This document shows, one piece after another, positions 9,014 to 18,240 of a stretch of 49,493 bases of DNA. The translations under genes were made by a program, and so were the position numbers. The notes beneath the pieces are model-generated. The model had not been told where the DNA came from. It worked only from the letters and a program-made list of their open reading frames with translations, and ran no database searches. The DNA is from a virus (lineage: Duplodnaviria; Caudoviricetes), in IMG/VR virus record IMGVR_UViG_3300020045_011377, positions 1 to 49,493 of that record. One strand, given 5' to 3'. The stretch's first letter is position 1, and each line of letters begins with the position of its first letter.

Positions 9014-10186
9014 TTAACCTACCTTCACGATGATGATTTCTTCGCTGATGCGACCACTCTGAGGAGACGGCTTCGTCGTCAGAGCATCGAATGCTTGCTT
9101 CAACGTCACTTCAGTTGATACGTTGTCACCGAAGTGTTGCTTCAAGAACTCTTCTGGATGACGCAACGTTTTGCCGAAGGACTGAGCAGCATTCACATTG
9201 TAGAGTGTCGATGACCACTCTTTCGCTGAGAAGCCACCGCTGTTATCGGCAACCAACTTGCTCAACTTCTTATACTTCGTATGGTACACCCAAGCGAATT
9301 GGGCGCCCACTAGTTTATCAGGGGTAACACCCTTGATTCCCTCGGCTTCCATCGCTGGTTTGTACATCTTCGTGAGTTCTGTTGCCGGCTTCACCTTCGT
9401 CTTACGTGGCTGCCGAACTGCTTGACTCGCTTCAATCAACTTCTGAGCAGAGTCGATAATGCTTTGGTAGAAGGCGACAGCACGCTTGAGGTTCACTTTA
9501 CCATAACGACGATAACCTTCAGCGAGCTGATTCGGAACCTTCTCTTCTTCGATGATTTCTACTTCATCCCACTTGTTCAGAGCTTCCTGAATCTCATCGC
9601 GTTCTTTGCGATAGATTTCGATGATACGTCGGCCATGTGCTGCTTTGAATGCACCAGCAGCGTAAAGGCTGCGCATGTCGATTTTCACATCAAAGTTTTC
9701 TGAGGTAAACAACTCATCAACCTTGACATCGACTTCCGAGCAGACTTTCTTGACCTGCTCATCGATACGCGTTTGAATGTCAACAACTGCTTTCGGCGAA
9801 GTGTCAACAACCGCAACCTTCATCGATTGACCTAACATGTATGCATCTTGCAACGCGTTGGCCAACCACTGATCATTAGCAGCGGGAAGAACACCACCAC
9901 GCGAGACAATTCGGCAAATGTAGCCGAGTGTCGTGTTGAGCTTGGTATCAGGAACTCGTGAGATGCGCGTATGCATATCTTCAGGAGCTGTTTCCTTCAG
10001 ATAAGCGAGCAGATACTTCTTCGCTTCGCTACGATCACGCATACGATTGTACCAATTCAGAAGATGCATCAGCTCTTCTTTCGTGAGTACAGCTTTTTCA
10101 ACAATCACGGGTTCTTTGTTACCCATAATCTGTTCTGCGAGAGCTGCGTGAGTCTTTTCAGGATTCATGATTTTGTGATCTCTCAA
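9014..10186 (-). CDS. Hypothetical protein of T4-like phages
   Basis: 390 aa ORF with an upstream promoter-like element. Confidence 0.8.
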   Translation of the reverse strand: MRDHKIMNPEKTHAALAEQIMGNKEPVIVEKAVLTKEELMHLLNWYNRMRDRSEAKKYLLAYLKETAPEDMHTRISRVPDTKLNTTLGYICRIVSRGGVLPAANDQWLANALQDAYMLGQSMKVAVVDTSPKAVVDIQTRIDEQVKKVCSEVDVKVDELFTSENFDVKIDMRSLYAAGAFKAAHGRRIIEIYRKERDEIQEALNKWDEVEIIEEEKVPNQLAEGYRRYGKVNLKRAVAFYQSIIDSAQKLIEASQAVRQPRKTKVKPATELTKMYKPAMEAEGIKGVTPDKLVGAQFAWVYHTKYKKLSKLVADNSGGFSAKEWSSTLYNVNAAQSFGKTLRHPEEFLKQHFGDNVSTEVTLKQAFDALTTKPSPQSGRISEEIIIVKVG

Positions 10187-10244
10187 GTTAGGGTAATTTT
10201 AACTACAAATACATTATATGTTATTTGACAATTAAAATAAAGGT

Positions 10245-10273
10245 TTGCCCTAAACAGAATGACCCCATATAAT
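10245..10273 (+). promoter_or_regulatory. Plus-strand promoter TTGCCC-N17-TATAAT, antisense to the surrounding operon
   Basis: Same consensus as the other early promoters, opposite orientation. Confidence 0.7.
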
Positions 10274-10334
10274 GTTGTAAATGGAGAGACCAACGATAAC
10301 CAACTGAAGGCTAATTATGATTATCTGAAATAAA

Positions 10335-10535
10335 TCAGGTCGTTGCTGCGCTTGCTTGGGTGTCTTCTTGAACGACATCAGCTACCTTTGATTTTTGCGA
10401 GCGTTTTGCAGCTTCTTCAGCACCATGCTGAACTTCGACCATCATTTTGAGGTACTCACGGCTCTTTACCGGGTCAATGAATGTTGCAGCTACTCGCTTT
10501 GTTTCTTGCTTGATGCGAAACGCTTTAGTAAGCAT
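10335..10535 (-). CDS. Small hypothetical protein downstream of a late promoter (TATAAATA 10552..10559)
   Basis: 66 aa ORF. Confidence 0.65.
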   Translation of the reverse strand: MLTKAFRIKQETKRVAATFIDPVKSREYLKMMVEVQHGAEEAAKRSQKSKVADVVQEDTQASAATT

Positions 10536-10554
10536 GTGATCTTCTTTCTGTTAT

Positions 10555-11331
10555 TTATAGATTAAAGTGCGCGTTGATGTTAAAATGTTTGTTCATGTGG
10601 TGCCCGATGTAACCTCTTGGATTGATTAGGACTGTTGTATCATCAATCTCAACTCTCGCTGTGTTGTGGAAATGACCGTGGATCCAGAACTCTGGCTGCC
10701 ACGCTAGAATCTCTTGCTCTAGATTTGTAAAGAACGCAGGTTGTAACGCGTCCATTCTCCATCGAGGATCAGCCGCCTGCTCTGTGACACCGTGATGCGT
10801 GAATACAACAATCTTCTTCTTGGTACCCTTTGCGATTTTGATATAGTCGCGTATGTGTTGAAAGTGTTTATTGAACAGCTCAACGGAATCTGCTGGGTGA
10901 AGGTTGTGACCATTCTTCGTGATATGCCCACCGAAGTCGGCCATACTCTTCTTTGCATGCTGCACCGCGAACCAGTCATTATTCTTGAAACTAGTCCAGA
11001 GTGTGGCACCGATGAACGCTACATCACCATTCAAGTGATATATTGTGTCGTTGAATATGACATTCGGCAGATTGAGTGAATCAATCACACCTCTCATATC
11101 AACGAGTGTCTTCTCTATATCACCGTGGTAGAACTCGTGATTACCGGGAATGTAGAGGACCTCTTGAACACGTGGCGCAAGATCCTTCAGAAACGCGGTG
11201 AAAGTATCAGGATTATAGCCGTTACCAATATCTCCAGAGAGAATCACTACATCATCATCTGTACCTTCAAACCCATCAAGAGATAGAGGTCCCCTCTCAA
11301 GATGAAGGTCACTCATGTAAAATATCTTCAT
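10555..11331 (-). CDS. Calcineurin-like metallophosphoesterase
   Basis: SDLHLE, GDIG, GNHEFY, THH, HGHFH and NPRGY motifs. Confidence 0.9.
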   Translation of the reverse strand: MKIFYMSDLHLERGPLSLDGFEGTDDDVVILSGDIGNGYNPDTFTAFLKDLAPRVQEVLYIPGNHEFYHGDIEKTLVDMRGVIDSLNLPNVIFNDTIYHLNGDVAFIGATLWTSFKNNDWFAVQHAKKSMADFGGHITKNGHNLHPADSVELFNKHFQHIRDYIKIAKGTKKKIVVFTHHGVTEQAADPRWRMDALQPAFFTNLEQEILAWQPEFWIHGHFHNTARVEIDDTTVLINPRGYIGHHMNKHFNINAHFNL

Positions 11332-11597
11332 TTTGCTGCTTTTATCAATTCACGCCTGAGTTTTTTATCATAGCGAAAACAAGCGGCTCGCGCATTTGTT
11401 ATTTTATTTTCTTGTGCATACTTCAACACACACTCAACATGCTCAGCGAATTCTTTCTTCGCCTCCATATCATCTGTATTCTTGATATCAATGGGTAAAA
11501 AGATGTCTTCTGCATACAGCATTGTAAGTTCTGCTTCAACTTCTTTACGCAGCTTTCTTAGTGCAGATCTCTTGGTCGCGAGCTGAAATTTTGTCAT
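11328..11597 (-). CDS. Hypothetical protein, probably leaderless
   Basis: TATAAT 5 nt upstream of the ATG. Confidence 0.6.
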   Translation of the reverse strand: MTKFQLATKRSALRKLRKEVEAELTMLYAEDIFLPIDIKNTDDMEAKKEFAEHVECVLKYAQENKITNARAACFRYDKKLRRELIKAAK

Positions 11598-11607
11598 AAA
11601 TAATTAT

Positions 11608-12045
11608 ATGATAACTACAGAAAGAAATAAAGTGAATTGGACTTTTGAGGGAATTATAGTTGAGAATCCACCTGAGAAAGCGTATGGTTTTATTTATGAA
11701 ATCACGTGCACTACCTCAGGCCGTAAGTATATTGGTCGTAAATATCTCACTTTTGCGAAAACGAAACAGGTCAAGAAGAAAACAAAGAAGTTTCGAGTAG
11801 AATCTGATTGGCGTGATTATTGGAGCTCTTCTCCATACCTACTTGAAGAAATGGAAAAAGTGGGGAAAGAGAACTTCAAACGTGAAATCCTCTTATGGTG
11901 TTACTCGAGAGCAGAGTGTAATTACATGGAACTCCGTTATCAATTCGATCGCCGTGTAATAGAGAGTGATGATTACTACAACTCAAACATCGCCTCAAAA
12001 CACTTTAAGCGCGTCGTTTCCAAATTTCCGTCCATAAAAACCTAG
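11608..12045 (+). CDS. GIY-YIG family endonuclease
   Basis: GFIYEIT...KYIGRK, FKREIL and YYNSNI motifs; CATAAATA late promoter at 11595..11602. Confidence 0.85.
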   Translation: MITTERNKVNWTFEGIIVENPPEKAYGFIYEITCTTSGRKYIGRKYLTFAKTKQVKKKTKKFRVESDWRDYWSSSPYLLEEMEKVGKENFKREILLWCYSRAECNYMELRYQFDRRVIESDDYYNSNIASKHFKRVVSKFPSIKT

Positions 12046-12660
12046 ACGAGTGTAACCTGGTGGAGTCTCAACATCAGGAATCCACGTGTATCCTGAGTCT
12101 TTGAAGTATTGGATCATTGATAGAGTTGTGAGATTATCCACTACATAAAGCATATCGAAGTCGCGGTCAGAGAAATCAGGGTTCCGGCGAAGATGTACCT
12201 CAATCACATTCTTACCGATATACTCGATATTGATTTCAACTACCCCTGAACCATAAAGTTCGTAGATGAGAAACTGTGGCATCTCAAACCTACCATCATA
12301 CTTCTCCCACGCTGAAAAGAATCTGAAATCGCGCGCAGGATGACCTTTGACCGTTAGTCCCTGTACCCATTTACCATTTTGATAGGTGAAGTCAACTGAT
12401 ACATGCTCACCATAAAAGTATTCACACCAGAAATCATTCGGGTCAGTGATATGATCTCCTTTGAAATGATTTTCATCTTTCGCGCCCTCAGCTAATCCAC
12501 TGAGATTTATAATGGGTCGAACTATGTAGCGACCGGCGCGTGGAATAGGATCATCAATAGTACCACACTCATACCCGAGCATCTTTGAAAGCCACAGCTT
12601 GTCGTATATGTGAGTCAGTTTTGGATATCTATCATACACTATTTCATCTGTAAGCCGCAT
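11995..12660 (-). CDS. ATP-grasp-like phage protein
   Basis: YIVRPIINLSG, FWCEYFYGEHVSVD and NIEYIG.NVIEVHLRRNPDF motifs. Confidence 0.6.
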   Translation of the reverse strand: MRLTDEIVYDRYPKLTHIYDKLWLSKMLGYECGTIDDPIPRAGRYIVRPIINLSGLAEGAKDENHFKGDHITDPNDFWCEYFYGEHVSVDFTYQNGKWVQGLTVKGHPARDFRFFSAWEKYDGRFEMPQFLIYELYGSGVVEINIEYIGKNVIEVHLRRNPDFSDRDFDMLYVVDNLTTLSMIQYFKDSGYTWIPDVETPPGYTRLGFYGRKFGNDALKVF

Positions 12661-12856
12661 ACTTCACCTCATCATCTATTTTTGTGTAACAATCTTTGCA
12701 GTACCATTTCTCATTCAAACCATATTGTGATTCAGCACCACATTCACAGAAGAACGGAAGCGGTATCCATTTCTGCTGACCGTTTTCATCAATGTATGGT
12801 GCATGTCCCCTCACATTAGGGAGCACTGAATGTAACCTCACACATTGCACCCTCAC
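12644..12856 (-). CDS. Small Cys-rich hypothetical protein (start uncertain)
   Basis: FCECG...WYCKDC. Confidence 0.4.
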   Translation of the reverse strand: MRVQCVRLHSVLPNVRGHAPYIDENGQQKWIPLPFFCECGAESQYGLNEKWYCKDCYTKIDDEVKYAAYR

Positions 12857-14705
12857 ATGCCATACTCTGAGATGCTACTGTGTTATCATCCTGCTCAGAG
12901 AATTCAGACCATCTGATCTTCGGAAGTGAGGCTACTGCTGCTTCATATTCTTCTTTTGTGATAGGCTGATATGGCGCTTGTTTGTAAGCGTGATCTGAGT
13001 GAGGAAGGAATGAAACACCACCGATATCGTTCCAGTTTCGATAGACCCAGTTACCAACTTCGAGCCATTCATTTTCACGAACGTAGACTGTAATAGAAGG
13101 ATTATGCTCACACCACTCATCTCGGTAAACACGATAAATCTCAAGTTGCTCGATTGCTGTCATCTTGAAAACAGCGTGTTTTGGTGATTTGATGGGGAAC
13201 GAAAATACTGCTGTCGAACCTGGTTTGGTTACATCATCTTCGCAGGGGACACCTTGAGCAATAAGGAATTCGTACAACGGATCCTTCTTATCATGGCGAA
13301 CTGTTCTGAGGTAATATTCAGAGAATCTTGGGTGAATACCTGATGATGAATCAACGAGCTGACTTACTGTCCCCGATGGTTTCACGCATGTAATTGCGAC
13401 TGATGCGTTAATACCGAGCTTTGTTGCCCACTCTTTGTTTGTATCTATAGTAACCTGGCGAAGCTCTTTTAACCAATGAGCGAGTTTAACATATCCCTTT
13501 TGCCCTGAGGTAACTTCGTTGTCCATAATACCGGTCAATGATACACCGAGAAGACGCTCCTCTTCACAGTTCTTCTTCCAGATATTACGAAGATACTTGA
13601 AATTAACAAGAGTAGATTGAAATGTACCGAGAATCGTAGCAAGGCGAACCTTCTCTTTGAGAGTGTCCAGGGTATCATTTGCACGAATAATCACTTCAGT
13701 TAAATTACAGAATTCGTTAGGACGAAGAATAATCTCACCACAAGGGTTTGTACCGTAATCCCAGCCTTCAACATCGCGCCGCCCGTTTTTCTGAGCTTGC
13801 TTTGTGGCGGCAACGCGATTAAAAATACCTCGCTCACCTGAACGTGACTCAAACAACGAGAGCCATTCTTTCATGAAGATGCCCATATCTGGCTTCTCTG
13901 TGTAGGCTGCTGAGTTGTTCGATAAAGCACGCTGAACATTGTCCTCCCACCACTGACCCATCTTCGCCATTCTCATTCTATCATCAGATAAATTGGACAA
14001 CGAAATAAGAGCGGAGCGACGGACACCACCCACAACAACTACCTCACCAATCTTACAAGCGATATCGTGTACTTCGAGTGAAGTAAGCTTGCGACCTTCT
14101 GCTTTCTTAAATGTCGCGACACAGAATTTGAAGAGATCATCGAGAGGGGCGGGACCACTTGAACGACCACCGAAGGTCTTCAGACGTGCACCAGCTGGAC
14201 GAAGAAGCGAGAGGTCCCACTTTGGAATGCGACCAGAGTAGAGAAGAGTCAGTAATTCATGAAAGCCTGTGACCCAACCAATCTTCGAATCCTTAACAAC
14301 GATGACAGTTTCTGTTGGATGCAACTCTTCAGCAATCACCGGAAGCTGGGATACATACTGCCGCTCAACAGAGAAGCCGGCACCAGTACCACTCATCAGA
14401 ACATGCATTGTCTCACTAAAAGCACGAGGGTGGTCGAATGTGAGATAAGAGCAGTTGTAACCTGCTATATTATCGCGCTCCAGTGCTGGTCCTGCTGACA
14501 TCAACGCTCTCATTGAACCAACAAAGTTCATCGTGACGATACCAGTTTTGATATCGTTCTCAAGCACCTCTCTGTGCTCCGGATACTTATCCGCGAAGAA
14601 CTTCACATACCTACTAACAGTCTCATCCCATGTTTCACGGCGCTTTTCACTATCCAAAAACCTTGCGTAGCGCGACTGATGTATGTATGTTTGATAATCG
14701 TTCAT
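12816..14705 (-). CDS. nrdJ: Class II (adenosylcobalamin-dependent) ribonucleotide reductase
   Basis: YNCS, GTGAGFSVE, VVGGVRRSALIS, TNPCGE, KPSGTVSQL and a C-terminal Cys pair; AGGAG SD before ATG 14705. Confidence 0.92.
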   Translation of the reverse strand: MNDYQTYIHQSRYARFLDSEKRRETWDETVSRYVKFFADKYPEHREVLENDIKTGIVTMNFVGSMRALMSAGPALERDNIAGYNCSYLTFDHPRAFSETMHVLMSGTGAGFSVERQYVSQLPVIAEELHPTETVIVVKDSKIGWVTGFHELLTLLYSGRIPKWDLSLLRPAGARLKTFGGRSSGPAPLDDLFKFCVATFKKAEGRKLTSLEVHDIACKIGEVVVVGGVRRSALISLSNLSDDRMRMAKMGQWWEDNVQRALSNNSAAYTEKPDMGIFMKEWLSLFESRSGERGIFNRVAATKQAQKNGRRDVEGWDYGTNPCGEIILRPNEFCNLTEVIIRANDTLDTLKEKVRLATILGTFQSTLVNFKYLRNIWKKNCEEERLLGVSLTGIMDNEVTSGQKGYVKLAHWLKELRQVTIDTNKEWATKLGINASVAITCVKPSGTVSQLVDSSSGIHPRFSEYYLRTVRHDKKDPLYEFLIAQGVPCEDDVTKPGSTAVFSFPIKSPKHAVFKMTAIEQLEIYRVYRDEWCEHNPSITVYVRENEWLEVGNWVYRNWNDIGGVSFLPHSDHAYKQAPYQPITKEEYEAAVASLPKIRWSEFSEQDDNTVASQSMACEGAMCEVTFSAP

Positions 14706-14716
14706 CTGTTCTCCTG

Positions 14717-15742
14717 TTATTTTTTCCACTGCTGCCATTTTGCGAATGCTATGAGGCCACTGAAAGTGTTGTTATCAATCGTGAGCTTTATCTCAGCCTG
14801 ATTACGACACTGCAAGTACCAATCGTTTATATCTTTCGAGTCAATATGTGAAGGCCATATGAAGACTCTATAATCATCTTGAATCAACTCTTTAACACGA
14901 CGAACCACATCTGGATTTCTCGGATCATTGTCGAGAATAATCGTAACCTTACTCTTGTCCGGTGGAGTAAATCTGACCAGAGAGACTCCACCCATTGCAA
15001 TACTGTTTTCTAAGAAATAAGAGTCAAATGCGCCTTCAACTACATAGATGTGTTTGTTGATATCGAGATCTTCGAGACCGAAAACCCGATTCACATCTTT
15101 ATTTATTATCACTACGTAATAGCGTTCCTGATTTTCATTTAAAGCTCTACCAGCGCAACCGAAGAATCTCTTCTTCGCATCAAGCATCGGTATAACGATA
15201 CGTTCATCTTTCTCTGGAGGTCGAGGAAATTTACCAGGTATGAATGTATTCACCCACTCTTGGAAGTTATCTGTGTAATAGAGTTTGTAATGATACTGCG
15301 CTGGTATCATTCTCTTCTCGATGTAGAGCTTCGCCTTATGCATCGGATGCAAGCTAGAGATCTTTTCGAGCTTTGCGAGAGGAGAGTGAGTAAAATACTT
15401 AAACGCAGGATCAAACTTCGTTGCTGGTGTTTCAACTGGATCTATGATTGTTGGAGTATTTACAATCGTTCCAGCTTCTTTTATCGATTCAAGTCGATAC
15501 TCGCTGTAAAGAGCTGAATCAAGATGATTCAGGAACTGTGGAAACCCGGTGCTAACCTGACAATTCTGACACTTGTAGATTATCGCGCTTTTATGCTCGA
15601 AGAAATAACCTCGAGCCTTGCGTTTGTTGGTTTTGGAATCACCACAGTAGGGACATCTAAAATTCCAAACCGTATCTGATTTCCGAGTGAATTGCTGTAA
15701 CCGCGATGAAACTAAGTTGATATATTTCAGTTCAAGCCACAT
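14717..15742 (-). CDS. gp61: DNA primase (T4 gp61-like)
   Basis: NFRCPYCGDS...KARG zinc domain; TOPRIM EGAFDS, DND and KDIND. Confidence 0.93.
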   Translation of the reverse strand: MWLELKYINLVSSRLQQFTRKSDTVWNFRCPYCGDSKTNKRKARGYFFEHKSAIIYKCQNCQVSTGFPQFLNHLDSALYSEYRLESIKEAGTIVNTPTIIDPVETPATKFDPAFKYFTHSPLAKLEKISSLHPMHKAKLYIEKRMIPAQYHYKLYYTDNFQEWVNTFIPGKFPRPPEKDERIVIPMLDAKKRFFGCAGRALNENQERYYVVIINKDVNRVFGLEDLDINKHIYVVEGAFDSYFLENSIAMGGVSLVRFTPPDKSKVTIILDNDPRNPDVVRRVKELIQDDYRVFIWPSHIDSKDINDWYLQCRNQAEIKLTIDNNTFSGLIAFAKWQQWKK

Positions 15743-15801
15743 TTACCATTACCTATCATAACAAATAACATTATATATGAAATCAAAGATTTACAAAAGA
15801 G

Positions 15802-16209
15802 TTATCTTACATGACTCTTTATGTATTCCCAGAGTGAGTAGCCAATGAGGACAACTAGTGCCCATATACCACCAGATAATAATTTACCCTTAACACTCTG
15901 CTTCAACTCTTCATCCTGCATCGCTTGTTTGGCAATAATTTCATGAAAGCGGTTGTGCTCAGAGAAATCAGCGTCAGGAAACGCAGCTACAATTTTATCA
16001 ACAGCTGCTTTTTGATTTAATTGTTGTTCAAATACTTCTCTTTTGATGGTTTCAACATCAGTACTCAATAATTGCATTTTAGCGCTGTGTTGATTGCGCC
16101 ACTCATCAGTCTCATCTTTGAAGTTCTGTAGAGTGTTCAGTATAACTTCATCTAATTTGCGTCTATTTTGTGGTACTACACGTTTCTTTGTAGATTTACG
16201 AGCGGTCAT
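15802..16209 (-). CDS. Membrane-anchored coiled-coil protein
   Basis: C-terminal transmembrane helix. Confidence 0.65.
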   Translation of the reverse strand: MTARKSTKKRVVPQNRRKLDEVILNTLQNFKDETDEWRNQHSAKMQLLSTDVETIKREVFEQQLNQKAAVDKIVAAFPDADFSEHNRFHEIIAKQAMQDEELKQSVKGKLLSGGIWALVVLIGYSLWEYIKSHVR

Positions 16210-16493
16210 TGGGGTGGGTCCTTCCTTGCGAGCAACTCTGTCTTCTGAGAGCTTCCCTCTGATGTACCGTAATAGTACCCTACAACAAGACCGAGCATCG
16301 CATCGAGTGTGCCCAGTGCACGCATTACGATCTCACGCATATCTGCGGCGATTATATCATTCAAAAGAAACCATTGAACATACACGTATAAAGAGATGAT
16401 AATAACCGCGATTATACTACGCATTTTAGTTAGGCCCGGGCGGTGCGTGCGTTTTTCGCGAGGCTCATTAGTCGCTGGCTGCTCGTTTGACAT
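16206..16493 (-). CDS. Two-TM membrane protein (holin-like candidate)
   Basis: Two TM segments followed by YYYGTSEGSSQK. Confidence 0.6.
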   Translation of the reverse strand: MSNEQPATNEPREKRTHRPGLTKMRSIIAVIIISLYVYVQWFLLNDIIAADMREIVMRALGTLDAMLGLVVGYYYGTSEGSSQKTELLARKDPPQ

Positions 16494-16956
16494 TTTCGTT
16501 CTTTCTTTTAATTATTTTTTTGAAAATTTGTATTCTATTTTTCTTTGATTTGCCAGGTTCCCCGTCAACACCCACACCAATTGCCGCAATGTGTCCTGCA
16601 CCTGCGTTATTCACCGCAACTTCTTCTTGAAGCTTTTTCAAAATTAAATCTAATTCACTATCATCCATTTTATCACCTTCGTGCTCTCTCAATAATATTG
16701 CGCTTACTACAACAGAAGTAAGTACTGCAGAACCACCTGGTAATTTTGCTAGAAGCTTTTTCAGATTTGCAATGAATATATCGAAGTATCCCCACGCCTC
16801 AAGTTCCGCAGTAGTCTTAAGTGTTTCTCGCTTACGAAGTACTTTACCATCCTTATCGATTATACCAAGGTCGTAAGCATCCCATTTATCAAACGGTAAA
16901 ACAATACGTTTTATAATCTGATAAATTAGGAAAATGTCTACAACTTTGTTTGTCAT
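16468..16956 (-). CDS. Conserved T4-like late protein
   Basis: PFDKWDAYDLGIIDKDG motif. Confidence 0.75.
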   Translation of the reverse strand: MTNKVVDIFLIYQIIKRIVLPFDKWDAYDLGIIDKDGKVLRKRETLKTTAELEAWGYFDIFIANLKKLLAKLPGGSAVLTSVVVSAILLREHEGDKMDDSELDLILKKLQEEVAVNNAGAGHIAAIGVGVDGEPGKSKKNRIQIFKKIIKRKNENVKRAASD

Positions 16957-17348
16957 TAGAGTCTCTTCAATATATCGTAAATGTGTGTGTCTACTTCTAT
17001 TTCTGATCCATGAACTGTTTTGTTGTTGAAACCGATTCCAACCACCGTAACAGGCATATAACCAAGATAGAGTAGGAACGCTTTCAGATAATTGTAGTAC
17101 TCTTGCAACTTGAGAAACAAAAGCTTTGTTGCTGCTTCAACACCAAAAACATTGTAAAGAATAATGATGTGATTGATAATCAACCGCTCTTTGAGCTCAC
17201 CTGTTTCTTTGTACTTATTCAGAAGACGTTTTATGTATTTGATTCTATTCAAGTCTTCATAAAATTCAACAGTATCAAAACATTGAGGATTCTCATAATG
17301 TCTCGCAGCATACAACATAAAATTTGCTTCAGTTATCACATCAGTCAT
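16956..17348 (-). CDS. Conserved T4-like late protein
   Basis: NFMLYAARHYENPQC...KYIKRLL...LIINH motif. Confidence 0.8.
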   Translation of the reverse strand: MTDVITEANFMLYAARHYENPQCFDTVEFYEDLNRIKYIKRLLNKYKETGELKERLIINHIIILYNVFGVEAATKLLFLKLQEYYNYLKAFLLYLGYMPVTVVGIGFNNKTVHGSEIEVDTHIYDILKRL

Positions 17349-17349
17349 A

Positions 17350-17661
17350 TTAGAAATTCTGCAGAGGAATCCTTTTGAGCGAATTATTAGCGACTGCTAC
17401 ATACAAATAATTATCATCGAACCAAATCTTACGACCGGGTGTTGATTCGGAATTAGATACCGGTGTAGTATTTGATGTAATTAGCACTACATTTGACGAA
17501 ACGCTGTTTGAACTAATCGTGTTAGTGAGATCACCAAAAGTGATCATCACCGTATTCGCGTTAGCAGTATCAGGACCGGTGACAGCGAAAAGCAGCGAGT
17601 TAGCTGCTATCGATACCACACGATCGAGTTCTGACCCTTTGGCAGCTCTATCAATAGTCAT
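17350..17661 (-). CDS. Putative virion protein
   Basis: GRKIWFDDNYLYVAV motif, typical of fibre/structural proteins. Confidence 0.65.
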   Translation of the reverse strand: MTIDRAAKGSELDRVVSIAANSLLFAVTGPDTANANTVMITFGDLTNTISSNSVSSNVVLITSNTTPVSNSESTPGRKIWFDDNYLYVAVANNSLKRIPLQNF

Positions 17662-18209
17662 TATGCGTCAGGAAGTGTTGTATCGTCTGACGCATCGCCA
17701 GAGATGGATCCCATTGCTACCAATGTTTCCCAATTCTTACGGTTTGCACGACCGCCAACAACAGCAGTAAGTGTTGCACCTGAACCAGCTCCATTAGGTG
17801 TTACTGTCGGTGCTGTGATAAATCCGCTCCCGCCGTTTGTTACATTGACGGCGGTGATTTGACCTGAACCGTTTGTAACTTGCGTCGCAGCTGCGTTACC
17901 ACCAGGACCACCAGCACTAATTGTAACAGCACCGTTTGTGTAGCCCGATGTACCATTAGCAGTAACTGTGATGCTTAATACAGGTCCTGTACCCTGGGTT
18001 AGTTTCACCCAACCAGCGTGTGTCACACCAGCCGCCGCAGCGTTTGCTGTTTCTGCGGCTGATACACCAAACACACCTACTGATTTACCAGTAATGAAGC
18101 TATCGCTCGTAACGTTACCGAACATCACTTCTCCGTTTGCTGTGACCTTAGCCTCTACACCTGAAATAGGTGCTCCGTTGGCCTGATCGACGTTTTTCCA
18201 TTGTGGCAT
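17661..18209 (-). CDS. Putative virion structural/decoration protein
   Basis: Gly/Thr/Ala/Asn-rich; HAGWV and ETLVAM motifs; CATAAATA upstream. Confidence 0.75.
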   Translation of the reverse strand: MPQWKNVDQANGAPISGVEAKVTANGEVMFGNVTSDSFITGKSVGVFGVSAAETANAAAAGVTHAGWVKLTQGTGPVLSITVTANGTSGYTNGAVTISAGGPGGNAAATQVTNGSGQITAVNVTNGGSGFITAPTVTPNGAGSGATLTAVVGGRANRKNWETLVAMGSISGDASDDTTLPDA

Positions 18210-18240
18210 TTTAAATCTCCTAGAGTTATTATTTATGTTG

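Noticed and set aside
440-9112. Similar CLLQRHF peptides in shadow ORFs 439..720 and 8810..9118
   Set aside because: They reflect a short chance similarity (EVALKKA versus EVTLKQA) in the real minus-strand proteins
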